A stretch of 58,346 nt of DNA, counting the filler, from Dugesia japonica (lineage: Eukaryota): NCBI GenBank assembly GCA_001938525.1. It is 5 parts of 5 records of this genome, joined end to end, with 100 filler letters (N's around TTAATTAATTAA, not from the genome) between each part and the next. Parts side by side here need not be neighbours in the genome. Positions count along the whole stretch, not along the records: positions 35,037 to 46,538 come from MQRL01619939.1; positions 46,639 to 58,346 come from MQRL01552819.1; 3 more parts are not named here. The stretch is one strand, 5' to 3'. Positions 40,510 to 53,448 of the stretch are shown here, one piece after another (the first letter of the stretch is position 1; every line of letters starts with the position of its first letter). The notes under the pieces are model-generated. The model was not told the DNA's origin. It did not search any database and saw nothing but the letters and a program-made list of their open reading frames with translations. A program made the position numbers and the translations under genes.

Positions 40510-41335
40510 CAAATTATTCTATGCAAAGAATACCCTCATAGGTCTTATATTGCACAGTTGCTATGAAACAAATACATGGTTGTTATGTAAATATTTCATG
40601 GTAATTAAGCCAATACTAGACTCATAAACCATAAATTACACGTTTGCTATGTAAATAATATACTCATAAACCCTATTATACATGGTTTCTATGTAAATAA
40701 TACAAGGTAGCTATGTGAATAATGTACTCATAAACCCTGTAATACAGGGTTACTATGTATTAATACACTCATAATCTTTATAATACACGGTTACTATGCA
40801 AATAATACACACAGAAACCATATATTAAACGGATGTTATGTAAATATTACATGGTACTTAAGCAAATAATATGCTCATAAACTTCATAATACAGAGTTGC
40901 TATGTAACTAATACAAGTTAGCTATTCAACTAATACACACAAAACCATATATTACACAGTTGTTATGTAAATATTACATGGAACCTAAGCAAATAATATA
41001 CTCACAAACCTTCTAATATATGGTTGCTATGTAACTAATACACACAAAAACCATATATTAAACGGTTGTTATGTAAATAGTACATGGCAACTAAGCAAAT
41101 AATGTACTCGTAAACATTATATTACAGGGTTACTATCTATTAAAACACTCATAAATTTTATAATACATGGTTGCTATGTAAATATTACACACAAAAATCA
41201 TATATTACACTTTTAAACTTTATATTACATGGTTAATATGCAAATAATATACCCATAAAACTTATAATACAAGGTTGCTAAGTAAATAATACAAGGTAGC
41301 TATACAAATAATATAATCATAAACCCTGTAGATAT
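40510..41335. repeat. Degenerate ~42-bp tandem array (ggttgctatgtaaataatatactcataaacc...)
   Basis: Directly visible. Confidence 0.85.
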
Positions 41336-41489
41336 CAACAAATTTACTTATAAGTCTTTTTTATATAGACTTATTAGCTATTTATATTGANAAATTCTGT
41401 TTTTTATCATTTTGTATAGACGAATTCCCAGCTAACATGTTTTTAAGAATAAGTATTATGCTTTATCATTTTGTATAGAAGGTTGTCAC

Positions 41490-41850
41490 TACGCTAACGA
41501 GATTTTTTATTAAAATTTGCAACAGTAATGAAATTTTATATTAAAAATTGCATCGATAATGAAATTTTTTATTAAACTTTGAAACGCTTATGAGATTTTT
41601 TATTATAAATTGCATCGCTAATGAGAATTTCTGTAGAAAATTGTCACTAGTAATATGTTTTTTATAGAAAATTGCATCGCTAATGAGATTTTTTATTATA
41701 AATTGTATCGCTAATGAGAATTTCTATAGAAAATTGTCACTAGTAATATGTTTTTTATAAAAAATTGTCACTAGTAATATGCTTTTTATAGAAAATTGTC
41801 ACTAGTAATATTTTATTTTGAAATTTACCTAGCTAATATGTTTTTTATGA
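41490..41850. repeat. ~30-bp tandem array (attgcatcgctaatgaga / attgtcactagtaatatg)
   Basis: Directly visible. Confidence 0.9.
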
Positions 41851-41879
41851 AAAAAGGTAGGTTTTTTATTTGAATATAT

Positions 41880-42075
41880 TATCATGTCAGTATTAAATTT
41901 GGTTATTTTTAATAGTTATATTTATCATGAAAATATCCCAAAGACTCCTGTCTTTGGATATTTTTAATGGATATATTTTATCATGTTAATATCACAAAGA
42001 CTCCCCTCTTTGACTTTTTTCATTGATATAAATTTTTCATGTAAATATCGCTAAGACTCACCTCTTTGGTTATTT
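41880..42075. repeat. 56-bp tandem repeat, about 3 units
   Basis: aagactc recurs at 41941, 41997 and 42053. Confidence 0.8.
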
Positions 42076-43025
42076 TTAATGCACTGAAAATCATGTGCCT
42101 GAGAATTTTTATTAATAAATGCAATAGATATGCAACTCAGATGCCACAAGACTGCAACACATATACACTGAAAATCATGCGTCTGAGAATTTTTTATAAA
42201 TTTCTAACCAAAAAGAAATTTTTAAAACTCCAAATGTCCACCATTTTGAATTTTTATTGATTTTTTTAATAAATGCAACTCAGATGCCATAAGAATGCAA
42301 CACACATACACTGAAAATACCATGTCTATAAATTTTAAACTGTCACATTCCTTGCAAAATATCAAGACTGTCCCATCTAAAGCAAAATATAAAGAAAAAT
42401 AATCTATAATGCTTCAATCAAGACTATCCTATCTCTTAAAAAAGTATCAAGTTTGTCCCATACCATGCAAAATATAGAACTGCCCATACCATTCATAAAT
42501 ATCAAGTCTGCCCCATACCATACTAAATATAGAGACTGCCCCATGCAAATTATAGAGACTCGGCCATGCAAAATATCAAGTCTGTCCCATTACATGCTAA
42601 ATATAGAGACTACCTCATACCATGCTAAATATAAAGACTGCCCCATACAACATATCAAGTCTGCCCCATTACATGCTAAATATCAAGATTGCCCCATACA
42701 ATGCTAAATATATAAACTACCCATGCTAAATGTCAAGACTGCTCCATCTCATACATAAATAAAAAGTCTGCTCAAAAAACAATTTTACTTTTACATGCAA
42801 AAATAAATTTTTAAATTTCCCAACAAAATTTCTTTTAATATTCCTGCTAACAAATAGCAAAAGTTCCCTTTTCCCTGTTCGAAAAATGTGAAAACAAAAA
42901 CTATCCATCCCGCACCATAAGTCCTTTAAACAATGTATAGACTGAATATCGGTCCAACAATTAACAATTCTTAAAAATCAAAGCACACTCGACATAGGAA
43001 ATCTTCTCCATCACATTACCTTTCC

Positions 43026-45140
43026 AACAATTGAAATCTCTAACGAAAAGACAAGCCTTTCCAATGCCAAATGTCGATGAAATGTTAGTTAGATGGATCC
43101 AAATATTTCAGTTTAATAGATCTAGGAAATGCATGCTATCAGATAGAGCTCGAAGACGAATCTCAAGTAAAAACGGTGTTTTCAACAAATCATGGTCAAT
43201 ATTGTTTTAATAAAATGCCATTTGGCATCGCAGTAGCACTAGTAACATTTCAAGAAATGATGACAAAAGTAGTAGGTTGAATCAATGGAGCATGGTTTAT
43301 CTTAATGACATCTTGATATTTACGAACAATAGAGATCAAAACTATGAATTAATCGAAAGAGTATTGACTTAAATAATGAAGGCTGGTCTAAGAATCAATC
43401 CAGAAAATTGTCTGTTTCTTCAAAGCGAAATAAAATTTCTTAAACACATAATTAACTAGGATGGTGCTAGAACTGATCCGTCAAAAATAGAAGCAATAAG
43501 AACATTTGGAAAACCTAACTCTGTGAAGTTTATAGAAAATTACGCAAAAAAATCAAGCATCTTAGAGCAGTTGTGTAGCCGGACAAGCAACGAAAAATTA
43601 GAATAGACAGATGAAATAAATGATACTTTTGAGAGTCTAAAGAAATCTCTAATGACTGCACCAATATTGTGTTTTACAGACATAAACAAAGACTTTATAT
43701 TAGATACAAATGCCAGTTTTGATACGATTGGAGCAGTATTGTCATAGAGAGACAAGGAAGGAAAAGAAAGAGTTGTTGCCTATAGATCATACTCAATGAC
43801 GAGGCATAAAAAGGGATATTGCATCACGCCAAAGAAATTATTGTCTGTTTATTATTTCTGCAGGCACTTCAAACACTATTTGTACAGTAGACGATTTACT
43901 CTTAGAACAGATCATAAAGCTCTAACCTTCATGATGACGACGAAGAAACCAATTAAATTGCATTTTCAGACATGGATTAATCATTTAAGTAGTCTAGACA
44001 CGGTTTTAGAATATAGAAAAGGAATTCAACATGGTAATGTAGATATAGTATCTAGATCAAGATGTGAGGTTGTGTACAATGTCAAATGTCACATGAAGAG
44101 TCAAAGAAAGTGAAGATTAAAATAAAAATACTAAACATGATTTAAAGGCAAAAGAAGAGCAATTAAACATTTCTGAGGACACAGGTTTAATAAAGAAAAC
44201 AAAAATGTTCGAGGACAAAATACATAAGACAATAGAAGAAATGCATATATTATTTTGTCATGCAGGAGTTTAGAAGATGTACGAGTACATGAGAAACAAA
44301 TAAATTGCGAAGAATTTGTGAAGCCAAATACAGAAAGTAGTTCGTAGTTGTGAAATTTATCAGAAGATCAAAGTAGTGACGACAGCAACTAAAGAGAAGA
44401 CAAAGAGATTAGAAGCTACAAATTTGTTTGAAGNNNNNNNNNNNNNNNNNNNNNNNNNNNNNNNNNNNNNNNNNNNNNNNNNNNNNNNNNNNNNNNNNNN
44501 NNNNNNNNNNNNNNNNNNNNNNNNNNNNNNNNNNNNNNNNNNNNNNNNNNNNNNNNNNNNNNNNNNNNNNNNNNNNNNNNNNNNNNNNNNNNNNNNNNNN
44601 NNNNNNNNNNNCGATTGTGGAAAAGCTTTTGAATCCAAAGTTATGAGAGAGTTTGCACTTAAGTTAGATATTAAACTTTGCTTTCCGAGTCCCTATCATC
44701 ACAATGCAAACAAACAAATTGAAAGACAGTTCAGGACAATTCGAGATTTGATTAATGCAACACTTCAGGACAGAAGGATAACAGATTGGGCCAATCTTTT
44801 ACCGGAAATAGAATTTATAATGAACGCAACAAAGCAGAATAACACTGGAGTAAGCCCAGCTGAGATCGTATTTGGAAAGAAGATTAGCAGAGGAAAATGG
44901 TATGAGTCAGACGTTTCCGGTAAAACTAAAGAAAACACTTCAGATGAGAATACAAACAGAGAATTCAAAGTGCGTGATTTTGTACTTATTAAGAAAGAAA
45001 CAAGAAATAAACGTCAAGACAGATTTGAAGGACCTTATTGAATAATTGAGAGAATTCACGAAAGAAGGTATGCGGTACAAGGAGAAAATGGACAGCTATT
45101 AGAAAAAAATGTGGAAAAACTAAGAAGTCTCTTAAGAAAA
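43026..45140 (+). mobile_element. Ty3/Gypsy LTR retrotransposon pol relic (RT-RNaseH-integrase)
   Basis: FPMPNVDEML, FSLIDL..ACYQI, MPFGI, VYLNDILIF (degenerate YxDD), FILDTNAS..IGAVLS, FTLRTDHKAL, SPYHHNANKQIERQFRTI and RFEGPY, in RT-RH-IN order. Confidence 0.93.
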
Positions 45141-46538
45141 GCTATATAAGGAAATAATTATTATTTAATATTTTTAGCCAATAGAAGTTGAGTTATTTCA
45201 GCACTAAGTTTCGATCAGCTCTTTTCAATGATAATTATTTATAAATAGCAGAGTTGTAGTAGTAAAACAATAATGTCCCAAAATATTAGTTCTGATTTTG
45301 AAAATGAATTACCAATTGAAGATTTNNNNNNNNNNNNNNNNNNNNNNNNNNNNNNNNNNNNNNNNNNNNNNNNNNNNNNNNNNNNNNNNNNNNNNNNNNN
45401 NNNNNNNNNNNNNNNNNNNNNNNNNNNNNNNNNNNNNNNNNNNNNNNNNNNNNNNNNNNNNNNNNNNNNNNNNNNNNNNNNNNNNNNCTATTTATTCGTT
45501 AATTTATTTTAATGATTTTTTTTAATTTTAGATATAAACAAAATGAATTCAAAGAAAAATACTTCAACAAACATGAAGAGAAGCTTTAACACGTTAACTT
45601 TAATTAATTAATTTATTGTTATTAATTTATATTTTAGACTGAAAAAATAAATAATGTGTTTAAGAAATTTTATGACAAAGAAATTTATGAATAGAGGTTA
45701 GATTTATTAAGATTAAATTTTAGGTTAATGACTTTCTTTAATAAGTTACTGATTTTATTTTGATAATTTTAAGTTAATGATTTTATATTAATTTGATTAT
45801 AATTTCATTTCAATTTTATTNNNNNNNNNNNNNNNNNNNNNNNNNNNNNNNNNNNNNNNNNNNNNNNNNNNNNNNNNNNNNNNNNNNNNNNNNNNNNNNN
45901 NNNNNNNNNNNNNNNNNNNNNNNNNNNNNNNNNNNNNNNNNNNNNNNNNNNNNNNNNNNNNNNNNNNNNNNNNNNNNNNNNNNNNNNNNNNNNNNNNNNN
46001 NNNNNATTTTATTTACATTGTCAAGTTAACTAATATTATAATTTTTATTGTAATCATTTAAACTTAACATTAGGCAATATTTCATGTAACTTAAAAATGA
46101 CAGACTATATATAATAAACACTTATCGGTGTTGAAAGGATTCCATTAGATTTCGTAATGGTTATGTATGACCAGTTTTAATTATATAATCTGTAATGATC
46201 AAATACTGAGCGTGGAAGGAATGATTGTCCATTAACATCAATCGAGAGTAAGACTCGATTCCGTAAAGTCGCGCTGAACCTGTGAAAAGAGGGGCATGGT
46301 ACAAAGGTACCATAAACGGTTGGTGAGATTAGGTATGTCCCTAAAAAAATGTAATAATATTGGAATGCAAGAGACAAGCGGTGGTAATGGTGCAGTAAAT
46401 GAATAAAAAGCCTAAAGTCCCAACAGAAAATACAACATTGTACAAATTACTACTACTCAGTATTAACAAACAAATATTAAAAATTATGCTGTTGATTTGG
46501 AAAAATACAAAAATCCACGAAAATAAAAAAAAGTTTAG

Positions 46539-46638
46539 NNNNNNNNNNNNNNNNNNNNNNNNNNNNNNNNNNNNNNNNNNNNTTAATTAATTAANNNNNN
46601 NNNNNNNNNNNNNNNNNNNNNNNNNNNNNNNNNNNNNN
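46539..46638. other. Artificial contig spacer
   Basis: 44N-TTAATTAATTAA-44N. Confidence 0.95.
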
Positions 46639-46834
46639 CCAAATGTATTGCCAATAATTTCTCATCCATTGTATTAATACCATTATCGAATACCATATTA
46701 TATTTTTCATAAATAGAAATAATCGAGTTATAATGGCTATTATTTATAGTGAAATTAGCCCCAGTAATCAATTTAAAGCAAAATCTTGTAAGGTCCTCAT
46801 AAAATGACATTACTTTTACTGAAATTTCGTTCAT
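46639..46834 (-). CDS. Orphan ORF start downstream of Rep, truncated by the contig end
   Basis: ATG-initiated open frame with a (TA)n/TATA-like tract ~35-60 bp upstream. No recognisable motif. Confidence 0.3.
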
Positions 46835-47098
46835 TATGTTTATTTGAAATGATAATAAAAACAGAAACTATATATATATATATATATATATAAAACCAAC
46901 TAAAGCAATAAAGAATAAAGTTATTAACCAAGTAAATATGATTAAATTTAAATTGAAAGACATTAATTAACATTTATTATTACATTCAAACAACACTTAT
47001 TTTTTTGTCTAATCGATAATTATGATCTTGCAATAAACACAAATCGCAATATCGTTGCATAAATTGATAGCAACTTTCTTTATGAAACGACGACAACT

Positions 47099-48657
47099 TT
47101 ACTTTGGCTCCACAGTAGCACTGCTGGATCCAGCGATGTCTTTACATTGCGGCCCATATGTCTCTGTCATCCTCGCTATGACCAACGGGACAGTACCAGT
47201 GATGACATTCAAACCAGGACGCGGTGCATATTTCATTTGATTCTCCGTCTGAAGAGAGGATATATCAATGTATTTATCGTATAATTTTTCAGTAAATGTA
47301 TGTATTATAATACGTCTATATATAGCNNNNNNNNNNNNNNNNNNNNNNNNNNNNNNNNNNNNNNNNNNNNNNNNNNNNNNNNNNNNNNNNNNNNNNNNNN
47401 NNNNNNGCAAATATCCAGTACTATATTTGATGTTAATTGGATTTTCGTAACATACATCTAAAATACCGAGTAATTCATTTGTTGGCAAATTATTTAATGG
47501 TAAATCATCTNNNNNNNNNNNNNNNNNNNNNNNNNNNNNNNNNNNNNNNNNNNNNNNNNNNNNNNNNNNNNNNNNNNNNNNNNNNNNNNNNNNNAAATTT
47601 GAAATGAGCCAACGCAAAATAAGTTTTACCAATATTACTGGGTCCAATAAAAATATGACTTTTTTGATCCCAGACATTGAAATAATTCATGTTAAAGTTT
47701 TGAAAATAACTAGAAGTTGTAACACCGAATTCATTTTCTAAATTTTCATTAATAACTTTTCTTTTGCATAAGTAAACTTCTGGAAAATTTGATTTTATAA
47801 TATTTATTGCTTTATTATTATTATTGGCATTTAATGCGTTAAACCAGGCATTTTTTTTTCGGTTTAATTTTAGGATCTTCATCAAAGCAATTAATACTTG
47901 GAATGCCATAAGAAATTGGTAATTTTCCTGTCATTCTTGTTTGTATTTTGGAGCAATACAGCATAACAAATTTTTTATCTTCTTTTGGTACTGGTTTGAC
48001 AAATGGTACTCTTAGTAAATCTTTTGCTCTATTAAATTCGCAATATGCTTGAATGTGTTTATATCCAACATAGAAAACTGAAAATATATTTCATATGTAA
48101 TATACCAAAATACATGTAAAATATATTTACCTTCTTTTTGAAAAAGTATATATTTGCAATTACTTTTCCATAAATTAATGTAATATTCTTCCATCGTAGT
48201 AAATTAGCCTAATGGAAAATTAAAAGTATAGTTATGATGACGTTTCGTTTCTATGTCACACACATTTGTGGTAGATTCAGGCGTCGTTTCATTTTTACGT
48301 ATTCGTTTGGGTAATGGAGAGCTGCATTCATCAATATCCACATTGCTTCTCTTTGTAGCTCGAGTATTACTTTTAACAGACCCATTAGATGATTTACTTG
48401 ATTCTTCATCGGATTGCTTGTCAATGTTAGCCAAATATTGTAATGTTGATTGAGAATGTCCCTATACATATTAATTACAATTTAAAATAAAAAAAATTTA
48501 CGATAATCAATTCGGATGATGATTTATCATCAACATCATTAACGCTTGTGGATCGTGCATCAGAGCCAGATATGTCTGAATATTCATTTAAACTATTTGT
48601 TTTAGTACACTTATGCATAAATAAAAATAATTTGAAATGAGAAAATTTTCGAGGCAT
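47099..48657 (-). pseudogene. rep: CRESS-DNA-virus-like Rep (HUH endonuclease + SF3 helicase), endogenous and decayed
   Basis: Motif I-like YTFNFP; KYILFQKE; degenerate motif II HVFWYI; possible motif III CIAPKYK; Walker A IFIGPSNIGKTYFALAHFK (47622-47645 core); Walker B DD; LLGILDVCYENPINIKYS; Arg-finger-like AIYRRI. Stops, frameshifts and N gaps are present. Confidence 0.8.
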
Positions 48658-48693
48658 AGCGAATATAAACTATTAAGAACCAATAATATAATG

Positions 48694-51600
48694 TGTTGGG
48701 ATCCCACCTGAGTTTGTGATAGAAAAAACACGGCTGGGGAAAAACAGTTCTCAGGAGACCCTTTCAAGAATTTACCTAATGCCCCTTATTAGGTTTTCGG
48801 TATAGATCGGTTGACCTTCAATATTTATTTGAAGTGCACACTCGAATACCTTTAGTTTCGGTTCATAACACTCCCTAGTTTTTTCCGATTATTGAATAAA
48901 CAAACAAAACGTTATTAGGAATGTATTTTATTCTACACTTCAATTCCTCTAGAGCCCCCGGATTTAACCACTCGACGGACTCCTCGGGTATAAAATTAAA
49001 TGCCGCATCGTCGTCGTTATCGTCCTAGTCAAGCCATGCTGCATTGCTAAGTTGACGGGACAGATCTAATATGTACCGCTTTAGAAAGTCAATTTTGTTT
49101 TAGAAGAGCTGTTTGGTTTTAACTCCTGAATTGCTTTATTTCTGCATAATCAAATCCAACCTATTACGCTGCGAAAGATGTTTTAACAATGCACGCACCG
49201 TTTGCTGTTTAATGTGTCTTTCTAATAGTAGCTTTGTAATTAAGCGTTGACAGCGGGGCCAAACTATTTGGAAGTTGAATTTGTTGCACTGAAATAAATT
49301 ACAATTAAAACATATCTGACTATTTTGAATCGTAAACTTTAACGATAATTCTTAAAATAAGCATAAATGTTTGGAAAAATAATTTCAAATAACTTCAACA
49401 AAGATTTTTATTTTCAGCTCAAAGGATTATCAGAATTCAGGGTCGCGATATTTGAATGCCTATATCGACCATCAAAGGTTCGAGCGGCATCGCCTTTCGC
49501 AGTCAAAATGTCAGACACCAGTTTATTTTCACGGTCATGGAGGGACCGGAAAACTTCAACGAAGGACTCTATCTTTGCTTCCCAGAGCCTTTCCTGAATG
49601 TGCGACGCTTCTGTCTCCTTACGAAAGGCTATACACTTTGTTTCGTAGTGTTTCACTTTATTTTCCGCATTCGTAGTGTCAGCCGCCCATCGCTGTTTTG
49701 CGAGACCATAAAGTTCCCAAGTCTTTTCGGTATCGTCGCTTGATTCCCTTAATTTCTTGGTCGCGGCTCATGGTTGGTTTAAAGATGAGTGCACTAAAAT
49801 AAGAAATTGGTACCATATTATTTAATCATCAAAACATGATAGGATTTTATGATGAATGAAGATTTTTCTAACAACAAGAAATGAACTATAGAATTATTAC
49901 AAACAAATTTTGAAGCCTAGAATTTATTAATACCACGCAAAAGCCCGTAAGATAACGCATTTAGTCATGTATTATTATTAATGACAGTGTCTGCATTTTC
50001 AAAATACCCCCATTCTCCCCATTTCTTAGGTCCAAAAGTGTGTCACTAATAGATGTTCTTAACCTGGAAATAGGTGGTAGATGGGTCGCGGAAACTGGTA
50101 CTAATGAAGGGCCCTCTCGCCATTCTCTAATAGTTCGGATTTCTTCGTTATGAATTGGGGGAAATTTGAAGCAGTGTGTAACACCTCTCGTGACCGGTCG
50201 GGACCGTTCCATTCGTAAAACGTCTGACGTTCGGCGGCGTCCCATTGACACTCATTAGCAGCATCTTCCTTGGATAGATTGGAGTAATCGGCAAGCACAC
50301 CCGTATTTCGGTCATGTATTCCCGTATTCCTGTATCTCTTAAAAATCAACCGGCTTGTACGTCGGTCGAAAAGTGTTTCCCACTTATTTTTAAATGCTGA
50401 AATAAACTAAAACAGATAAACAGTTAATAGACAAAATTTTCATCATAGGTTTATTTGTTTAATTTATAACTAATAATCATTACCAGAAATTATTCCTCGT
50501 CAACTTGGTAATTCAAGGGAAAAAAATTGGCAAAACACTGTAAATCTGTTTCGTCCGGATGTTCAACCTTACCACGGGATAGCACGTGAGCTAATAAGAC
50601 AGGGATTAGGTGGACCGCATCCTAAGAATACTCAAAACACACATACAATACCAGTAAAAAAGCATTATATGATAACAGCCAGTGTTTGCGATGAAAACCA
50701 TGTTAGTGAGGCTGGAAACTTAAATCAATTAAGGTTACTAGTAAAATTGATAATAACGCTAAAGTAAGAACAAATAAAGTAAGAACTGATGTTTTTAACG
50801 AGGATAATCTAATACTAGAATTACGAATAGTAATAACAGAATTATTGAGCACCAATAATAATGGTGAAGTCTATTTTTATACTTAGAGCGTTAATGATGA
50901 TAACAGATGTAACAATGTCAATACTAATTAGTAAAGTTATTTTTGATAAAAATTACAAATGGACAACGTCAATAAGCATAGTAATGGTACCCATAAAAGT
51001 AATAGTATTGGAGATAAAATAATGAAAACCGCAATGATAATAGAACTAATAATATTAGTAATGATGATAATAAAAAGAACCTGGATAATGGAGCAACCGT
51101 AATATTAATAATAATATAGATGACATTAATGATAATATTAGTAATAATAAGGAAAATAAATTCCATGCTTCTAATTGGTGATCGTGCTAATGTTCATATT
51201 TTTTTTAAGTTTTTAGAACTATCATTGGTGCCTATTTTTTAGGGCACCATGTGGTTTTCTGTTCTTTGTCTTAGTTTTATTTGTTGGCTCCTTATTGGCT
51301 CATTCTTTAAATCCTTGTAGGGGTTCTTCTGATAATGACAGGGTTTTCTTATTGAAAAATCCTGTTGCCCCTTATCATTTTCTTTTCAGATATTCTTACG
51401 AAAACTCTGATTTTCTGGAGCAGGGATATCCTCAAAAAACAGATTTTTCCTTAATTTATTTTCTTTTTTCACTAAAATTAATAAATTTTTTTTCGTTAAT
51501 TAGCTATTATTTTCTTAATCATTTTCGTATTTTTTATTAATAATTATAATTTTCTTTAATTAATTGTTTGCTTTTGATCAATATTTAGCCATCTGATGAG

Positions 51601-51773
51601 TCCATTCTGCATTTTATCTTTTCTACTCGTCTTCGGTATTGATGTAGTTATTGTAATTTTCCTCCAATTTTAGTTAATCTTGATCGATTTCCTTTTTCAC
51701 CCCTTCCTTTATTATTTTATGATTTAGGCCCCTGGCCTCGATTTTCTTTTCAACTGGGTATTTCACCCCAACA
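48694..51773 (-). mobile_element. Unclassified TGTTGGG...CCCAACA-bounded element, copy A
   Basis: Short inverted termini at 48694 and 51773. Internally homologous to 54587-57105 in the opposite orientation. A PPT-like AAAAAACTAGGGAG-TGTTA lies at ~48883-48865 (minus). No clear TSD. Confidence 0.5.
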
Positions 51774-52597
51774 TATATAAAGTAATAATCTATAATTGAT
51801 TTTAATAAGTCCCATTAATTAATATAAGAAGAAATAATTGTATTATATTAAAAGTCATCATAAATTTAAGTAAAATTATTCTTATTATTATCTAAAGTAG
51901 TATGATTTTATCAGAGTACTAGTATTATTTTTATTAGTAGCCTTATTATCATATGCAACAGTGTTAACTATATAATTTTTATTATTTATAGGTATAATTG
52001 ATGTAATAAATATTTATAATTAATGCCACATCTACGTGACTTTTAAAATAAAAAATTATGAGAGAAGTGCATATGTAGACTTCAAAAATATGCAAGTAAA
52101 AACATGCAAGATTTCTCAATCCCTACTAAAATAAATTATTATTATTGACAATAGAAGGAGTTTTGTATTAATTTTAAACTGTTACAATTTATTATCATTT
52201 GCAATCATGTTGGATTTTCTTTGTTGATTTGCATACATATTGCATATTAAAACATCTGTTATTTATATGAGATTTCTATAATGTTTAATTGATCTTTAAA
52301 ATAAATAATCTAAATATATCAATTCAAATACTATGAATCTCTTAAAATTAACATACAAGTTTTAAAATACAGCAAATCAACATAATTTACATTAACATTA
52401 TTTAAAAATTATTGATATCAACATTCTATAATGTATTATTATTGAGAATATTTAACTTTAAGAAAAGTAAATGAACATAAATTATTATCATTTTTTAAAA
52501 ATCATATAAAAACAAAGTTAATGTATTATCTTTGTTCAGATAAATAAAACTTAAATTTAACTTCATAAAAGAAAAGTAATTGCAATATATATTCTTA

Positions 52598-52892
52598 CGT
52601 TTATTAATCATGTCATAAATTCGGTCCGATTCATTAGGAACTAGGCTCGGATCCACCGAATTTTCTCTCCTTTTCTCGTCATTCAACATTTCTAATAACT
52701 AAGGAAGAAATAATAATAATGAATTTACTTTTTTCTTCATATTTTCAGAAATCGGAGCTCCATTGGAATATTGGTTTTCGTTTATAATCTGAAAATAAAT
52801 ATTTGGTTTACAATCTTAATATAATAATAAATTTACTTTCTCAATTTATCTTTTTCTCGAATATCCTTTGTTAGCATTATTTGAATTCATTG
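52598..52892 (-). pseudogene. Small micro-exon gene downstream of the protease
   Basis: ATG near 52891, then purine-rich exons separated by gtaaat...tttcag and gtaaat...ccttag introns, ending at a gtaaga donor near 52598. Confidence 0.45.
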
Positions 52893-53056
52893 TAACTAAA
52901 ATAAGAATGCAAGAAAAATTTAACAAATTATTAGTCATGAAATTAACAACGTTTATTCATGAATTAAACAAAGACCAATTTATTAAAAATAAATAAAAAA
53001 CAAAGACATTTTAATTTTATACATGTATTACATATAACTATAATGTTGACATTTAT

Positions 53057-53418
53057 TTACATAGAATGATTTTCACTTAACCATATTAAACAATGTTGTC
53101 CGCAAGTCTTTGTGAAAGGGTTTTGAAATCTTATTTTGCTTAGATATTTTTGAGAGATGAGACCAATATTTCTGGATAATAATATCCAAGCGGATCAAAT
53201 ACTAATATTTTAAACGGTTTATGGTAAATTGCAATCCGATGTTCTCCATCCGAGATATAAGATGTTTGAGTATTGACTATTATGGCTTTATTTACTGGAA
53301 AGTATGAAAGCTTGTCCAATGAATATACTCCTTATCACGTTGATCCCAACAATTTTGAACCGACTTGATTAATCTGAATAGAACTAATAAAATAAAATAT
53401 AAATTAAAATTACTTCAT
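53057..53418 (-). pseudogene. Polinton/adenovirus-type cysteine protease (adenain-like, PRO)
   Basis: MN|SIQI...GVYSLDKL...IIVNTQTS..DGEHRIAIY...VFDPLG...QNPFTKTCGQHC, with His, Asp and Cys catalytic positions in adenain order. A 30-bp intron at 53413-53384. Stops are present. Confidence 0.85.
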
Positions 53419-53448
53419 ATTTCACAATTTGATTGCACTGGATTTTGT

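Larger units (their letters stand above)
38620..43025. mobile_element. Foldback-like element: long inverted arms (~38860-40080 and ~42090-43025) around tandem arrays
   Basis: ttgttggaccgatattcagtctatacattgtttaaaggacttatggtgcgggatggatagtttttg (~38869) is an exact inverted match to ~42895-42960. Further arm homology is visible. No coding capacity. Confidence 0.8.

Noticed and set aside
42453-42707. 84-aa Cys/His-rich repeat ORF
   Set aside because: It derives from subterminal tandem repeats of the foldback arm.
47628-47643. CAATATTAC nonanucleotide with a tiny stem
   Set aside because: It coincides with the Walker A codons, and the stem is too short.
48360-48372. NANTATTAC nonanucleotide (GAGTATTAC) as a rolling-circle origin
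   Set aside because: It lies within the Rep coding leader and has no flanking stem.
48694-51773. Copy A as a clean solo LTR
   Set aside because: The flanks (aatg, tata) give no target-site duplication, so the class was left open.
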